Positions 1 through 9,962 of a stretch of DNA of 32,000 nucleotides are shown piece by piece. A program made the position numbers and the translations under genes. The number at the start of each line of letters is the position of its first letter. Within the stretch, counting starts at the first letter, position 1. Source of the stretch: Raphidiopsis brookii D9 (GTDB lineage: Bacteria > Cyanobacteriota > Cyanobacteriia > Cyanobacteriales > Nostocaceae); assembly GCA_000175855.1 (NCBI GenBank), contig ACYB01000042.1, positions 150,001-182,000 of the forward strand, in the 5' to 3' direction. Under the pieces are notes generated by a model. It did no database searches, had not been told where the DNA came from, and saw only the letters and a program-made list of their open reading frames with translations.

Positions 1-1262
1 CTTTAGTGACAGGTGAAGAAGTCGCTATCAAGGTACAACGCCCTAACCTGAGACCAATCATCACAAAAGACCTATACTTAATGCGGTGGGCAGCTAGCTG
101 GTTAAGTCCCTGGTTACCTCTCAATCTTGGTCATGACTTAACACTAATTGTGGATGAATTTGGCACCAAATTATTTGAAGAGATAGACTACATGAATGAA
201 GGGCGTAATGCAGAGAAATTCGCCCATAATTTTCGCAACAACCCGCAAGTAAAAGTACCAGTTATTTACTGGAGTTATAGTAGTCATCGAGTTTTAACCC
301 TGGAATGGATTAATGGTTATAAACTCACGGATACCGAAAGGATTCGTCAAGCTGGTTTAAATCCTGAAGGTATTATTCAAATTGGGGTTACTTCTGGTTT
401 ACAACAGCTATTAGAATATGGCTTTTTCCATGCGGATCCCCATCCGGGTAACTTATTTGCAGTGGATGATGGTCGCATGGCCTACATTGACTTTGGCATG
501 ATGGATCAGTTGGAGGAAACAACTAAGGAAACCTTGGTGGATGCGCTGGTGCATCTTGTGAATAAGGACTACGCCGATCTAGCGGAAGATTTTGTCAGTT
601 TGGGTTTTTTAGCCCCCGGGACAAATATTAGTCCTATTGTTCCAGCGTTAGAAGCGGTTTTGGGGAATGCTATTGGTAAGAATGTTGGGGATTTTAACTT
701 TAAAACTATCACCGATGAATTTTCGGAATTAATGTATGATTACCCCTTTCGAGTCCCCGCCAAATTTGCTTTGATTATTCGCTCCCTGGTAACCCAGGAA
801 GGAATTGCGTTGAGTCTTAACCGCAATTTTAAAATTGTGGAAGTTGGCTATCCATACATAGCACGTCGTCTACTGACTGGTGAATCACCTGCTTTAAGGA
901 GACGGTTATTGAACGTACTATTTAAAAATGGTAAGTTCCAATGGCAAAGGTTAGAAAATTTGATTTCCATTGCTCGTACAGATGGGGAGTTTGATGTGGT
1001 TCCCACCGCGAAAATGGGTTTACAGTATTTACTTTCTGAAGAAGGTAAATTCTTACGTCGTCAATTGGTTTTAGCGTTGACCGAAGACGACCGTTTGCAT
1101 ACTGATGAGATACAAAGATTATGGGAGTTAGTCAAAGATGATTTACCGCCCAATCGTTTATTCAACGTAGCTCTGAATATGTTGACCGAGTTCTCTCGGG
1201 AAAGTGTAGCAGCTATTTTACCCAGAGCAGGTTCTTTTCTTTCCTCTGTTATAGCTGAATAA
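1..1262 (+). CDS. ABC1/AarF/UbiB-family protein kinase-like protein (5' truncated by window edge)
   Basis: Frame is open to the left edge (LVTGEEVAIKVQRPNL). Kinase-like motifs: EEIDYMNEGRNAE, GFFHADPHPGNLF, AYIDFGMM. Confidence 0.9.
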   Translation, partial: LVTGEEVAIKVQRPNLRPIITKDLYLMRWAASWLSPWLPLNLGHDLTLIVDEFGTKLFEEIDYMNEGRNAEKFAHNFRNNPQVKVPVIYWSYSSHRVLTLEWINGYKLTDTERIRQAGLNPEGIIQIGVTSGLQQLLEYGFFHADPHPGNLFAVDDGRMAYIDFGMMDQLEETTKETLVDALVHLVNKDYADLAEDFVSLGFLAPGTNISPIVPALEAVLGNAIGKNVGDFNFKTITDEFSELMYDYPFRVPAKFALIIRSLVTQEGIALSLNRNFKIVEVGYPYIARRLLTGESPALRRRLLNVLFKNGKFQWQRLENLISIARTDGEFDVVPTAKMGLQYLLSEEGKFLRRQLVLALTEDDRLHTDEIQRLWELVKDDLPPNRLFNVALNMLTEFSRESVAAILPRAGSFLSSVIAE

Positions 1263-1310
1263 TAGCCTAGTTCGTTTTTGTTGATTAGTTTTTAAAAATC
1301 AGGAGTTTTC

Positions 1311-1685
1311 ATGTATTACTATCCTCTCCAACCACCTTATATTTTGCTACTGGTAGGTTTTCTGGCCGCGTTAACTTCTGGTTTTGCTTTGTCTGGTACC
1401 CTAAAGGTAATTGTGCAAAAATGGCCAGCTAATCAAATAGAACCCATTAAATCAGCTGGTTCTTTGAAAAAATTGTTATTGCCATTTATAGGAATTACAG
1501 GGGGCGTTTGTTTATTTATGTCTTCTGGGTTAGAAATATTTGGTTTTCCCTCCCCCCTCGCTTTGGGTATAGGTCTACCATTGAGTTTGGCAACTTGTTT
1601 GTTTGTCTGGTTCCAACTGGGTAGTTTACTAGAGTTTGTTAGTAATCGTGGAATGCAATCTCTTGATTTAGATTCTTGGTCTTAA
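1311..1685 (+). CDS. conserved hypothetical membrane protein (cyanobacterial type)
   Basis: 124 aa ORF with several hydrophobic segments, co-oriented just downstream of the UbiB-like gene. Confidence 0.7.
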   Translation: MYYYPLQPPYILLLVGFLAALTSGFALSGTLKVIVQKWPANQIEPIKSAGSLKKLLLPFIGITGGVCLFMSSGLEIFGFPSPLALGIGLPLSLATCLFVWFQLGSLLEFVSNRGMQSLDLDSWS

Positions 1686-1709
1686 AGGTTCTCCAGAATC
1701 GTTGTTAAA

Positions 1710-1730
1710 TCTCTCCTCTTAGAGGAGAGA
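1710..1730. terminator. perfect inverted repeat TCTCTCCTCT-T-AGAGGAGAGA between two + strand genes, possible terminator or RNA hairpin
   Basis: Left arm 1710-1719 is the exact reverse complement of right arm 1721-1730. A realistic fold is an 8-bp stem with a 5-nt loop. No long U-tract follows. Confidence 0.5.
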
Positions 1731-1772
1731 GGTTTAATAATTTCTATATAAGATATAAATGAGGCAAAAATA

Positions 1773-2546
1773 ATGCAAATCATTCAATTATCAGCACTGT
1801 CTGATAACTATATATTTCTCCTATACGATTCATATCATAATATTGCTGCTGTTGTCGATCCCGCTCAACCAGAACCAGTTATAGAAAAACTTACGGAATT
1901 ACAATGCAATTTGGTCGCCATTTTTAATACCCATCATCATCATGACCATGTGGGAGGTAATCAGAAATTAATTGAAAAATTTCCCCAGGTGACCATATAT
2001 GGTGGTATTCAAGACCGAGGAAGAATTCCGGGACAGCAGGTATTCCTACAAGCAAATGATATTGTTAAATTTGGCGATCGCCAGGGAATAGTATTATTCA
2101 TACCTGGTCATACTCGTGCTCATATTGCCTATTATTTTCCCCCTGTCACACCCGGTGAAACGGGAGAGTTATTTTGTGGTGACACTCTTTTTGCTGGTGG
2201 TTGTGGTCGTCTATTTGAGGGTACACCAGCACAAATGGTAGGGTCTTTGACTCAACTGAGAGCTTTACCTGATAACACTCGCGTCTGGTGTGCTCATGAG
2301 TACACCTGGAATAACCTACGCTTTGCGCTAACAGTAGATAGTGAAAATCAAGAATTACAAAAACGTTTTACAGAAGTAACAGCTCTTCGCCAACTTCAGC
2401 AACCTACAGTTCCTTCTATTCTAGGTATAGAAAAACAAACAAATCCCTTTTTACGTTGGGATCAACCCTCATTACAATTAGCTGTCAAGAGTAGTGACCC
2501 CATACAAACCTTCGCTAAAATTCGGGGAATGAAAGATAAATACTAA
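1773..2546 (+). CDS. gloB: hydroxyacylglutathione hydrolase (glyoxalase II)
   Basis: 257 aa with the metallo-beta-lactamase motif THHHHDHVGG, plus FIPGHTRAHI, FCGDTLFAGGCGR and VWCAHEYT. Confidence 0.93.
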   Translation: MQIIQLSALSDNYIFLLYDSYHNIAAVVDPAQPEPVIEKLTELQCNLVAIFNTHHHHDHVGGNQKLIEKFPQVTIYGGIQDRGRIPGQQVFLQANDIVKFGDRQGIVLFIPGHTRAHIAYYFPPVTPGETGELFCGDTLFAGGCGRLFEGTPAQMVGSLTQLRALPDNTRVWCAHEYTWNNLRFALTVDSENQELQKRFTEVTALRQLQQPTVPSILGIEKQTNPFLRWDQPSLQLAVKSSDPIQTFAKIRGMKDKY

Positions 2547-4285
2547 AGCAAGGACATTTTTTCTAAACACTGTTTTCTCCATTGAGCATCCCTTTTTCTG
2601 TTGGTGGGAATTTCTAAAACCCTAATTCCCTCAGTTGGCAAAATTCTCAATCTTTCTTCTAACTGATGCCAAGAAATAATTAGTTCATAGTCAACACCAT
2701 AGGTAACACATAGATCGGCAAAGTTAATATTTTGGGGGGTGGCAAAAAAATCTTCAAAGGGCGGATCAAAATTGGCAATGGGCAACATTTCAAAAATACC
2801 ACCACCATTATTATTGATTAACACAATGGTCAAATGTCCCAGGAACTTATTTCTGAGCAAAAAACCATTGGTGTCATGTAATAGAGCCAGGTCTCCTGTA
2901 AGCATTACACTACCGAGACTTGTGTGATGTTGATGGGCTATTCCCAAAGCGGTGGAAAGACTACCATCAATACCATTAGCACCTCGATTAAAGTAGGGTT
3001 TGATTCTTAAACTGTTGGGTTTCCAAAAGAATTCCACATCTCGTACTGGCATACTATTGGCAATAAATAATGGAGTGTTTACTGGAAGTAAGTGAGAGAT
3101 TAACCAAGCAGCTTTACTTTCGGTTAACTCTTCGGTTTTTAAAAACATATCATCAATATTTTTCCTTACTGCTGCTTCCATTGCACACCATTGTTGTAAA
3201 TACTGTTGTAAACATAAACTCGCCACACTATCCCACACTCCTTCTCCCCCAAAGTCTAAATCCTCCACACATATTCTCAGGTGTACGGTTTTTCCATGCA
3301 GAGGATCTATATTTTCAAAAGAACTATCAATGACAAAACGCTGGGCATTGACCTCCATTAACCAATGGCGTAATTCTTTACTAGTGGGCATTTCCCCAAT
3401 TTGAATTATTATTTGTGGAGTTAATTCCTGACGCAGTTGTGGATTACGTAAAATCAGATCGTATGTGGAAATTAAATAAGGACATAAATCCGCATAATTC
3501 CTCACCGGAGAAAGTCCTTCTGCGAGAACTGGCCATTGTAAGGTTTGAGAAAGACAAGAAATGGCCCGACAATATTTTTCCGGGTCTTGAGGTTGTGCTA
3601 CCCCTGCAATAATAATACCCCGTTCATATTTTTTCCATTCTAAGGGTAATGGATAATTGACAGTTGGTAAGGGGGTGGGAATGATTCCCTTGAAAAATTC
3701 TGCAGTGTCTAATATAAAATCAGTTCCATCAGCAACTGGTGCAAGAGGATCCCGAAAAGGTATATTTAAATGTACAACTCCTCCCCTAGGAAACTGACAA
3801 CGTTTCCAAGCATGAATTATGGTTTGTCGCAAATAACTTAACATTTGTATTTCAGCAATGGGAGTTGCTAACTCCGTTTGCCAATTGGGATAATTACCGT
3901 ATAATTTGACCTGGTCAATAGTTTGTCCAGAATGACAATCTCGTAATTCTGGTGGTCTATCAGCAGTCAGGAGTAACAGGGGTACACGACTTTCCTTGGC
4001 TTCGATTACTGCAGGGTAAAAATTTGCCCCCGCTGTTCCAGAGGTGCACACTAGCACTACAGGTTTTCCCCTAGCTTTCGCCCTTCCCAGGGCAAAAAAA
4101 GCTCCTGAACGCTCGTCCAGAATTGGTATAGATTCAATATCTGATGCTTGTTGACAAAAGGCCAAGGTTAAGGGAGTGGAACGAGAACCAGGACATAAAA
4201 TGGCAAAATCCAATCCCAAATGCTTTAGGGTTGAGACTACTACATAAGACCACAGCTGATTGACATTTTTAAAAACCAAGTGCAT
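2543..4285 (-). CDS. menD: 2-succinyl-5-enolpyruvyl-6-hydroxy-3-cyclohexene-1-carboxylate synthase
   Basis: 580 aa ThDP enzyme: LCPGSRSTPLTLAF, DERSGAFFALG, VVLVCTSGTAGANFYPAV, MLTGDLALLHDTNG, NNNGGGIFEMLP. Confidence 0.93.
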   Translation of the reverse strand: MHLVFKNVNQLWSYVVVSTLKHLGLDFAILCPGSRSTPLTLAFCQQASDIESIPILDERSGAFFALGRAKARGKPVVLVCTSGTAGANFYPAVIEAKESRVPLLLLTADRPPELRDCHSGQTIDQVKLYGNYPNWQTELATPIAEIQMLSYLRQTIIHAWKRCQFPRGGVVHLNIPFRDPLAPVADGTDFILDTAEFFKGIIPTPLPTVNYPLPLEWKKYERGIIIAGVAQPQDPEKYCRAISCLSQTLQWPVLAEGLSPVRNYADLCPYLISTYDLILRNPQLRQELTPQIIIQIGEMPTSKELRHWLMEVNAQRFVIDSSFENIDPLHGKTVHLRICVEDLDFGGEGVWDSVASLCLQQYLQQWCAMEAAVRKNIDDMFLKTEELTESKAAWLISHLLPVNTPLFIANSMPVRDVEFFWKPNSLRIKPYFNRGANGIDGSLSTALGIAHQHHTSLGSVMLTGDLALLHDTNGFLLRNKFLGHLTIVLINNNGGGIFEMLPIANFDPPFEDFFATPQNINFADLCVTYGVDYELIISWHQLEERLRILPTEGIRVLEIPTNRKRDAQWRKQCLEKMSLL

Positions 4286-4314
4286 TAAATGAATTCTAGA
4301 ACCGGAATATTTTT

Positions 4315-4686
4315 ATGGACTGTATTAATTTAACAGGGATTCGCAGTTATGGCTATATTGGCTACTTACCAGAAGAAAAGATTTTAGGACAGTGGTTTGA
4401 GGTGGATTTAAAATTGTGGATGGATCTTTCCCAAGCTGCTGTTACTGATAATATACATCATACTGTGGACTACCGCAGTGTAATTGATTTGGTGCAAAAT
4501 CTGGTCAAAACCTCTAGTTTTGATTTGTTGGAGCGTTTAGCAGGAGCTATTGCTAGTGAGATTCTCCAATACAATGATATAATTAGTCGGGTACAAGTTA
4601 CCGTTATTAAACCCACACCACCTATTCCTGACTTCACCGGTAGAATTAGTGTGGAAATGACTAAGTTTGATACTCCCCAGCCCTAA
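4315..4686 (+). CDS. folB: dihydroneopterin aldolase
   Basis: 123 aa: MDCINLTGIRSYGYIGYLPEEKILGQWFEVDL and ETSSFDLLERLA-like segment (KTSSFDLLERLAGAIA), typical of FolB. Confidence 0.88.
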   Translation: MDCINLTGIRSYGYIGYLPEEKILGQWFEVDLKLWMDLSQAAVTDNIHHTVDYRSVIDLVQNLVKTSSFDLLERLAGAIASEILQYNDIISRVQVTVIKPTPPIPDFTGRISVEMTKFDTPQP

Positions 4687-4700
4687 AGAGTTGGGGAGTG

Positions 4701-5117
4701 TCAATGCTCAAGAAAAACCTTAGCATGAGCGTATTTTTCCAACCGCCTTAAGTCTTTGGGACCGGGATTGGGTATCCTATCAGGGAGCATGTTGTCAGTC
4801 AAGTCAGCTAACTTCACCACCCGGGCCAAATCATTGGACTTCACACGGGCCAAGTAGGTATGGTAATCATCGTCAGGAAGCTTGGTGATGGCCTTGACAG
4901 CATCGATCACAGCCCCATTGAAACCCTCAGCAGCCAACCGGTTAAAGTCCCACTCCGAGCAGTCTTCGACTACGTCGTGAAGGGCGGCGACGATTTTGGC
5001 ATCACCATCGCGGACGTTATCCACTACCCGTAACACGTGACCGATATAAGGAGCCCCGGCCTTGTCTTTTTGTCCAGCATGGGCAGCAGTGGCAATCATA
5101 AGAGCTTTTTTCAACAT
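4701..5117 (-). CDS. stand-alone HD-domain hydrolase, RelA/SpoT hydrolase-like
   Basis: 138 aa: AATAAHAGQKDKAGAPYIGHVLRV-type start, ALHDVVEDCS HD motif and VVKLADLTDN. GAGG ribosome-binding-like sequence precedes the ATG. Confidence 0.75.
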   Translation of the reverse strand: MLKKALMIATAAHAGQKDKAGAPYIGHVLRVVDNVRDGDAKIVAALHDVVEDCSEWDFNRLAAEGFNGAVIDAVKAITKLPDDDYHTYLARVKSNDLARVVKLADLTDNMLPDRIPNPGPKDLRRLEKYAHAKVFLEH

Positions 5118-5147
5118 GGAACCTCATAGGATTTAATAGCTATTTGA

Positions 5148-6071
5148 TTATTTAATCCCTGCACTGTAGCTTATCCCATTAACTTCAATGGGAAGGGGCA
5201 ACACTGTAGATGTTATCCCTATCTCTAGCCAAGCATCGGTCATAGCTTGGACTACTCCAGGGGAGTGCATACGGTCTGTTAGTGCTAATAAGGTTGGACC
5301 TGCTCCACTAATTACCATACCATGGGCACCAGCTTCTATCACAGCATTCTCTACATGATCATAACCGAGAATTAGAGATTGACGATAGGGTTGATGTAAT
5401 TTGTCTTGTAAGGCGGCTTGTAACCATTCTTTCTGATTGGTAGCTAGGGCCTGCAATAACAAACCAAAATGGGAAGCATTAAAAACTGCATCGTCACGAC
5501 TAATTTCTGTTGGCAAAACTTTGCGGGCTTGGGATGTGGATAATTCAAAGTCGGGGATGGCTACTACTGGTATAATCTCAGGGTGCCACTGCACTGGACA
5601 AATTTCCCAACCTCTGCTGCTAGTTGCTGCTAACTGACATCCCCCCAAAAAGGCAGGAACAACGTTATCCGGGTGACCCTCCATTTCAATAGCTAATTTT
5701 ATCACATCCTGTGGAGATAGGGGCGAATCAGCTAGAATGTTACCCCCCACTAGCCCCCCTACTATGGCCGTAGCTGAACTACCTAAACCCCTGGCTAGGG
5801 GAACACCTAAATTAATCTCAATTTCCACCCCTGGGGGTGTTTTATTGATACGCTCATACAGCTTAACAAATGCTTGATAGATTAAGTTACTGCTGTCAGT
5901 TTGAACCTTTTCTGCTTCCTTACCATGAACTTTAATACACAAATCGGAATCACTCAGGGTAAACTTAAATTCATTGTACAATTGCAGTGCCGCACCAATA
6001 CAGTCAAAACCAGGGCCTAAGTTGGCAGTGGTAGCTGGGACTTTAACGATAACATGAGAAATTATGGACAT
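5148..6071 (-). CDS. thrB: homoserine kinase
   Basis: 307 aa GHMP kinase: VKVPATTANLGPGFDCIGAAL, GVPLARGLGSSATAIVGG, HGMVISGAGPTLLAL. Confidence 0.93.
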   Translation of the reverse strand: MSIISHVIVKVPATTANLGPGFDCIGAALQLYNEFKFTLSDSDLCIKVHGKEAEKVQTDSSNLIYQAFVKLYERINKTPPGVEIEINLGVPLARGLGSSATAIVGGLVGGNILADSPLSPQDVIKLAIEMEGHPDNVVPAFLGGCQLAATSSRGWEICPVQWHPEIIPVVAIPDFELSTSQARKVLPTEISRDDAVFNASHFGLLLQALATNQKEWLQAALQDKLHQPYRQSLILGYDHVENAVIEAGAHGMVISGAGPTLLALTDRMHSPGVVQAMTDAWLEIGITSTVLPLPIEVNGISYSAGIK

Positions 6072-6274
6072 GGAAATAAATGAGAAGACTTTAAGCCATC
6101 ACCCAAATACTTTGATTCTTGGATTGAACCATAAAATGGCAAGCATAAGATTAGTAGATGGTAATATTTCTCTATGGATACATACCGCAAAAAATTATCG
6201 GAAATAGTAAAAACATTGTTACAAAATTTTGTACAATGTCATCATCAAACAAATGAGTATTTTTCCCTATTGAC

Positions 6275-7915
6275 ATGATGGTGGATAATTTCCCTTGGTT
6301 GACGACGATTATCGTCCTCCCCCTGCTGGCAGCCTGCCTGATTCCCTTAATACCAGACAAGGACGGTAAAACAGTTCGTTGGTATGCGTTAGGTGTGGCT
6401 ATTGCCGATTTTGCGTTAATTTGTTATGCTTTCTGGACACACTATAATTCAGTTGATACGGGTTTTCAACTAGTAGAGAGTTATAATTGGATGCCCACCC
6501 TAGGACTCAAGTGGGCAGTAGGAGTAGATGGTATTTCTGCACCTTTGGTACTGTTGGCGGGTTTTGTGACCACCCTTTCTATGTTTTCGGCCTGGCAAGT
6601 AGACCGCAGGCCACGCCTATTTTACTCGTTGATGTTGGTGCTATATGCAGCACAAATAGGAGTGTTTGTCGCCAAGGACTTGTTGTTATTCTTTATCATG
6701 TGGGAAGTGGAACTAATTCCCGTATATTTATTAGTTTCTATTTGGGGTGGTCAAAAAAGACGTTACGCCGCTACAAAGTTTATCATATACACCGCAGCTG
6801 CTTCCATCTTTATACTAATAGCTGCTCTGGCCATGGGGTTATACGGTGGAGCTAATCTCAGTTTTGATGTTAGCGACCTAGCCAGCAAAAACTACCCTCT
6901 TACCCTACAATTACTGCTGTATGCAGGACTATTTATTGCTTTTGGAGTCAAGTTAGCAATTTTCCCCCTTCATACCTGGTTACCAGATGCACATGGGGAA
7001 GCATCTTCTCCTGTGTCAATGATTTTGGCAGGAGTGCTGCTGAAAATGGGTGGTTACGGACTAATTCGCCTCAACATGGAATTATTACCGGATGCTCACA
7101 TTTATTTTGCACCAGTAATAGCAGTTCTGGGTGTGGTGAATATTATTTATGGTGCATTAAACTCCTTTGCCCAAACGAATATGAAACGACGTTTGGCTTT
7201 CTCATCCATTTCTCACATGGGTTTTGTCCTCCTCGGTTTGGCTTCCTTTACTGATTTGGGTATGAATGGAGCAATGCTACAAATGCTATCCCATGGATTA
7301 ATTGCCTCCGTTCTCTTCTTTTTAGCTGGTGTTACTTATGACCGTACTCATACCATGGTAATGAAGGATATGGGCGGTGTTGGTCAAGCTATGCCCATAG
7401 TATTTGCGTTGTTTACCATGGGTGCCATGGCTTCCCTAGCTTTACCGGGAATGAGTGGTTTTGTGGGAGAGCTTTCCGTATTTGTCGGTGTAGCAACTAG
7501 TGATGTTTATACATCTACTTTCTGTACAGTGACAGTTTTCCTCGCAGCTGTGGGTGTTATTCTCACACCGATTTATCTGCTTTCCATGTTACGTCAGGTA
7601 TTTTATGGTAAGGATGCAGCTTTGACGTGCGATATCACTAATGCGGGAATGGAGAATCAGGAAGACGAAGGAACCGCCTGTTTTGGTACTGATTGTCTTT
7701 TACCTAATCAGTCAATTTACAGTGATGCCAAACCTAGGGAAGTATTTATAGCAGGTTGTTTCCTGGTATTAATTATTGGCATTGGTTTATATCCCAAGGT
7801 ATTTATGCAAATGTATGATGCTAAAACCGTGGCTGTCAATGCCCATATTCGTCAGTCTTATACTGTTATCTCCCAAAGTTCTCCCAGTATTTACGCTTTG
7901 GCAAATCTCAGGTAG
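6275..7915 (+). CDS. ndhD: NAD(P)H-quinone oxidoreductase subunit 4 (NdhD)
   Basis: 546 aa multi-pass membrane protein: [70 protein letters not shown]-type motif. Confidence 0.93.
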   Translation: MMVDNFPWLTTIIVLPLLAACLIPLIPDKDGKTVRWYALGVAIADFALICYAFWTHYNSVDTGFQLVESYNWMPTLGLKWAVGVDGISAPLVLLAGFVTTLSMFSAWQVDRRPRLFYSLMLVLYAAQIGVFVAKDLLLFFIMWEVELIPVYLLVSIWGGQKRRYAATKFIIYTAAASIFILIAALAMGLYGGANLSFDVSDLASKNYPLTLQLLLYAGLFIAFGVKLAIFPLHTWLPDAHGEASSPVSMILAGVLLKMGGYGLIRLNMELLPDAHIYFAPVIAVLGVVNIIYGALNSFAQTNMKRRLAFSSISHMGFVLLGLASFTDLGMNGAMLQMLSHGLIASVLFFLAGVTYDRTHTMVMKDMGGVGQAMPIVFALFTMGAMASLALPGMSGFVGELSVFVGVATSDVYTSTFCTVTVFLAAVGVILTPIYLLSMLRQVFYGKDAALTCDITNAGMENQEDEGTACFGTDCLLPNQSIYSDAKPREVFIAGCFLVLIIGIGLYPKVFMQMYDAKTVAVNAHIRQSYTVISQSSPSIYALANLR

Positions 7916-7933
7916 ACCCCATGACCCCCCGTC

Positions 7934-9085
7934 CTAAAAGTTGCTATAGTTGATTATGGACTCCTGCATTTTCTCGACAACTTTTTCGACGGGTATCACA
8001 CCTAGTTCACCAGATGCACGCGTGCGAATACTCAGAGAATTAGTTTCCACCTCTTTGGCACCTACTACCGCCATCACCGGTATTTTATCTTTCTCCCCAT
8101 TACGGATTAGTTTGGCCAGGCGATCGCCACTTAGGTCTGCTTGAGCTCTAATTCCCAACTCTGTCATTTTCCTAGCTATTTCTTTGGTGAACTCAATTTG
8201 TTGTTCACCAACTGGTAGCAGTCGAATTTGTACTGGTGCTAACCAGAGGGGAAAATCTCCTGCATATTCTTCAATTAAAATGCCAATCAGTCTTTCTAGG
8301 GAACCAAAGGGAGCTCGGTGAATCATAACTGGGCGTTTTCGGGACCCATCCTCCGCTACATATTCTAGGTCAAACCTTTCCGGTAGATTGTAGTCCACCT
8401 GTACTGTTCCCAATTGCCATTCTCTTTCTAAAACATCGCTGAAGATAAAGTCCAGTTTTGGACCATAAAAAGCTGCTTCCCCTATACCTTCAAAGTGATC
8501 CATTCCCAACTGCTGCACCGCACGACGAATTGCTCCCTCTGCTTTATCCCAAACTTCGTCCCCACCAATGTATTTATCACTGGTCGGATCTCTAAAACTC
8601 AATCTCGCTTTAAAATTCTTAAGTTGTAAACTTCTAAATACGGTCAAGATTAAATCTACAACATTTAAAAACTCTCCATCTAATTGCTCTGGTGTGACAA
8701 ATAAATGGGAATCATCCACGGTAAAACCTCGTACACGGGTTAAACCTCCTAACTCACCGGACTGCTCATAACGGTAAACTGTGCCAAATTCTGCCAAGCG
8801 CATGGGTAATTCTCGGTAAGAACGCAGTTCACTTTTATATATTTGAATATGAAATGGGCAGTTCATGGGTTTGAGGACAAAACCCTGGTCTAGGGCTTTT
8901 GATTCCTCATTTTCAGCCATCATGGGAAACATATCTTCTTTGTATTTTTGCCAGTGTCCCGATGTTTTAAATAAATCTACTCTGGCAATATGGGGGTAAC
9001 CACTGGTAAATAACCCCTTTTTAACTGTTCTTTTTTGAGGAAATCTTCTAAGATGCTTCTCAATAAGGTACCTTTGGGGGTCCAT
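7934..9085 (-). CDS. thrS: threonyl-tRNA synthetase, C-terminal catalytic and anticodon-binding part of a frameshifted gene
   Basis: HIARVDLFKTSGHWQKYKEDMFP, LKPMNCPFHIQIY, ELPMRLAEFGTVYRYE, VRGFTVDDSHLF, HRAPFGSLERLIGILIE. The true join with the N-terminal frame is near 8992-8996. Confidence 0.92.
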   Translation of the reverse strand: MDPQRYLIEKHLRRFPQKRTVKKGLFTSGYPHIARVDLFKTSGHWQKYKEDMFPMMAENEESKALDQGFVLKPMNCPFHIQIYKSELRSYRELPMRLAEFGTVYRYEQSGELGGLTRVRGFTVDDSHLFVTPEQLDGEFLNVVDLILTVFRSLQLKNFKARLSFRDPTSDKYIGGDEVWDKAEGAIRRAVQQLGMDHFEGIGEAAFYGPKLDFIFSDVLEREWQLGTVQVDYNLPERFDLEYVAEDGSRKRPVMIHRAPFGSLERLIGILIEEYAGDFPLWLAPVQIRLLPVGEQQIEFTKEIARKMTELGIRAQADLSGDRLAKLIRNGEKDKIPVMAVVGAKEVETNSLSIRTRASGELGVIPVEKVVEKMQESIINYSNF

Positions 9086-9651
9086 AAGGGTAAACCTGGA
9101 CCTACAGGGTCAGAGAAAATAAATAAACCCAATTCTTTACCAATTTTACGATGGTCACGTCTTAAAGCTTCTTCTTTGCGACGTTTATATTCTCCTAGCT
9201 GTTCGGGGGTTTCCCATGCAGTGGCATAAATACGCTGCAATTGAGCTTTAGTTTCATCACCACGCCAGTAAGCACCTGCAACGCTTTCTAGTTCGATAGC
9301 TTTGGGATTGATATCCTTAGTGTTTTCTACATGGGGACCTGCACATAAATCCCACCATTCATCCCCTAAGTGATAAATAGTGATTGGTTCTTGTTTAATA
9401 TCTGCCAAAATCTCTAATTTATATGGCTCCTGAATTTTTTCGATCCGTTTTTTAGCTTCCTCTCGACTGACTTCTTCCCGTATCAAGGGTAATTTACGGT
9501 TAATAATCTTCACCATTTCTTTTTGAATGGCTTTTAAATCTTTATCGCTAAAGGGTTCTGGGTTATCAAAGTCATAGTAAAAACCATTCTCAATCCACGG
9601 ACCTATGGTCACTTGCGCCTTGGGAAACAGCTTTTGTACTGCCATGGCCAT
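8977..9651 (-). CDS. thrS: threonyl-tRNA synthetase, N-terminal part of a frameshifted gene; homology continues upstream to about 9764
   Basis: MAMAVQKLFPKAQVTIGPWIENGFYYDFD and GLPLWTPKGTLLRSILEDFLKKEQLKRGYLPVVTP. Upstream codons in the same frame read KIYLPKTSESETLKKIRHSASHI with no in-frame start codon. Confidence 0.9.
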   Translation of the reverse strand: MAMAVQKLFPKAQVTIGPWIENGFYYDFDNPEPFSDKDLKAIQKEMVKIINRKLPLIREEVSREEAKKRIEKIQEPYKLEILADIKQEPITIYHLGDEWWDLCAGPHVENTKDINPKAIELESVAGAYWRGDETKAQLQRIYATAWETPEQLGEYKRRKEEALRRDHRKIGKELGLFIFSDPVGPGLPLWTPKGTLLRSILEDFLKKEQLKRGYLPVVTPILPE

Positions 9652-9962
9652 GATATGGGAAGCACTATGGCGAATTTTTTTTAAGGTCTCTGATTCGCTG
9701 GTCTTGGGTAAATAAATTTTTCCGTTGGTTTTTCTAGATTTTGAGCTTCTTGATTTGACGACATCGGCTGTTGGTAGCTTTTAAATTAATGTTGACAGAA
9801 CTAGTTTTGATAAGAAATATCCTATGATTCTCCTAATTTACCAAAATATCCGCTCGGAGGAAGCTCTCTTGTTCTATTTTTTCTTTGAGAAAATTTACAG
9901 ATTGTAAAGTTTTATAAATAGAGTTAATATAAGAGTGACCTTTAGAAATATACTTCTCATAT

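Noticed and set aside
6487-6855. Plus-strand 122 aa ORF inside ndhD
   Set aside because: Out-of-frame shadow of the strongly supported NdhD frame.
8977-9085. Programmed ribosomal frameshift in thrS
   Set aside because: No classical slippery heptamer with a clear downstream structure was noticed, and similar homopolymer indels in Omp85 and narB make a technical error more likely. Kept only as an alternative.
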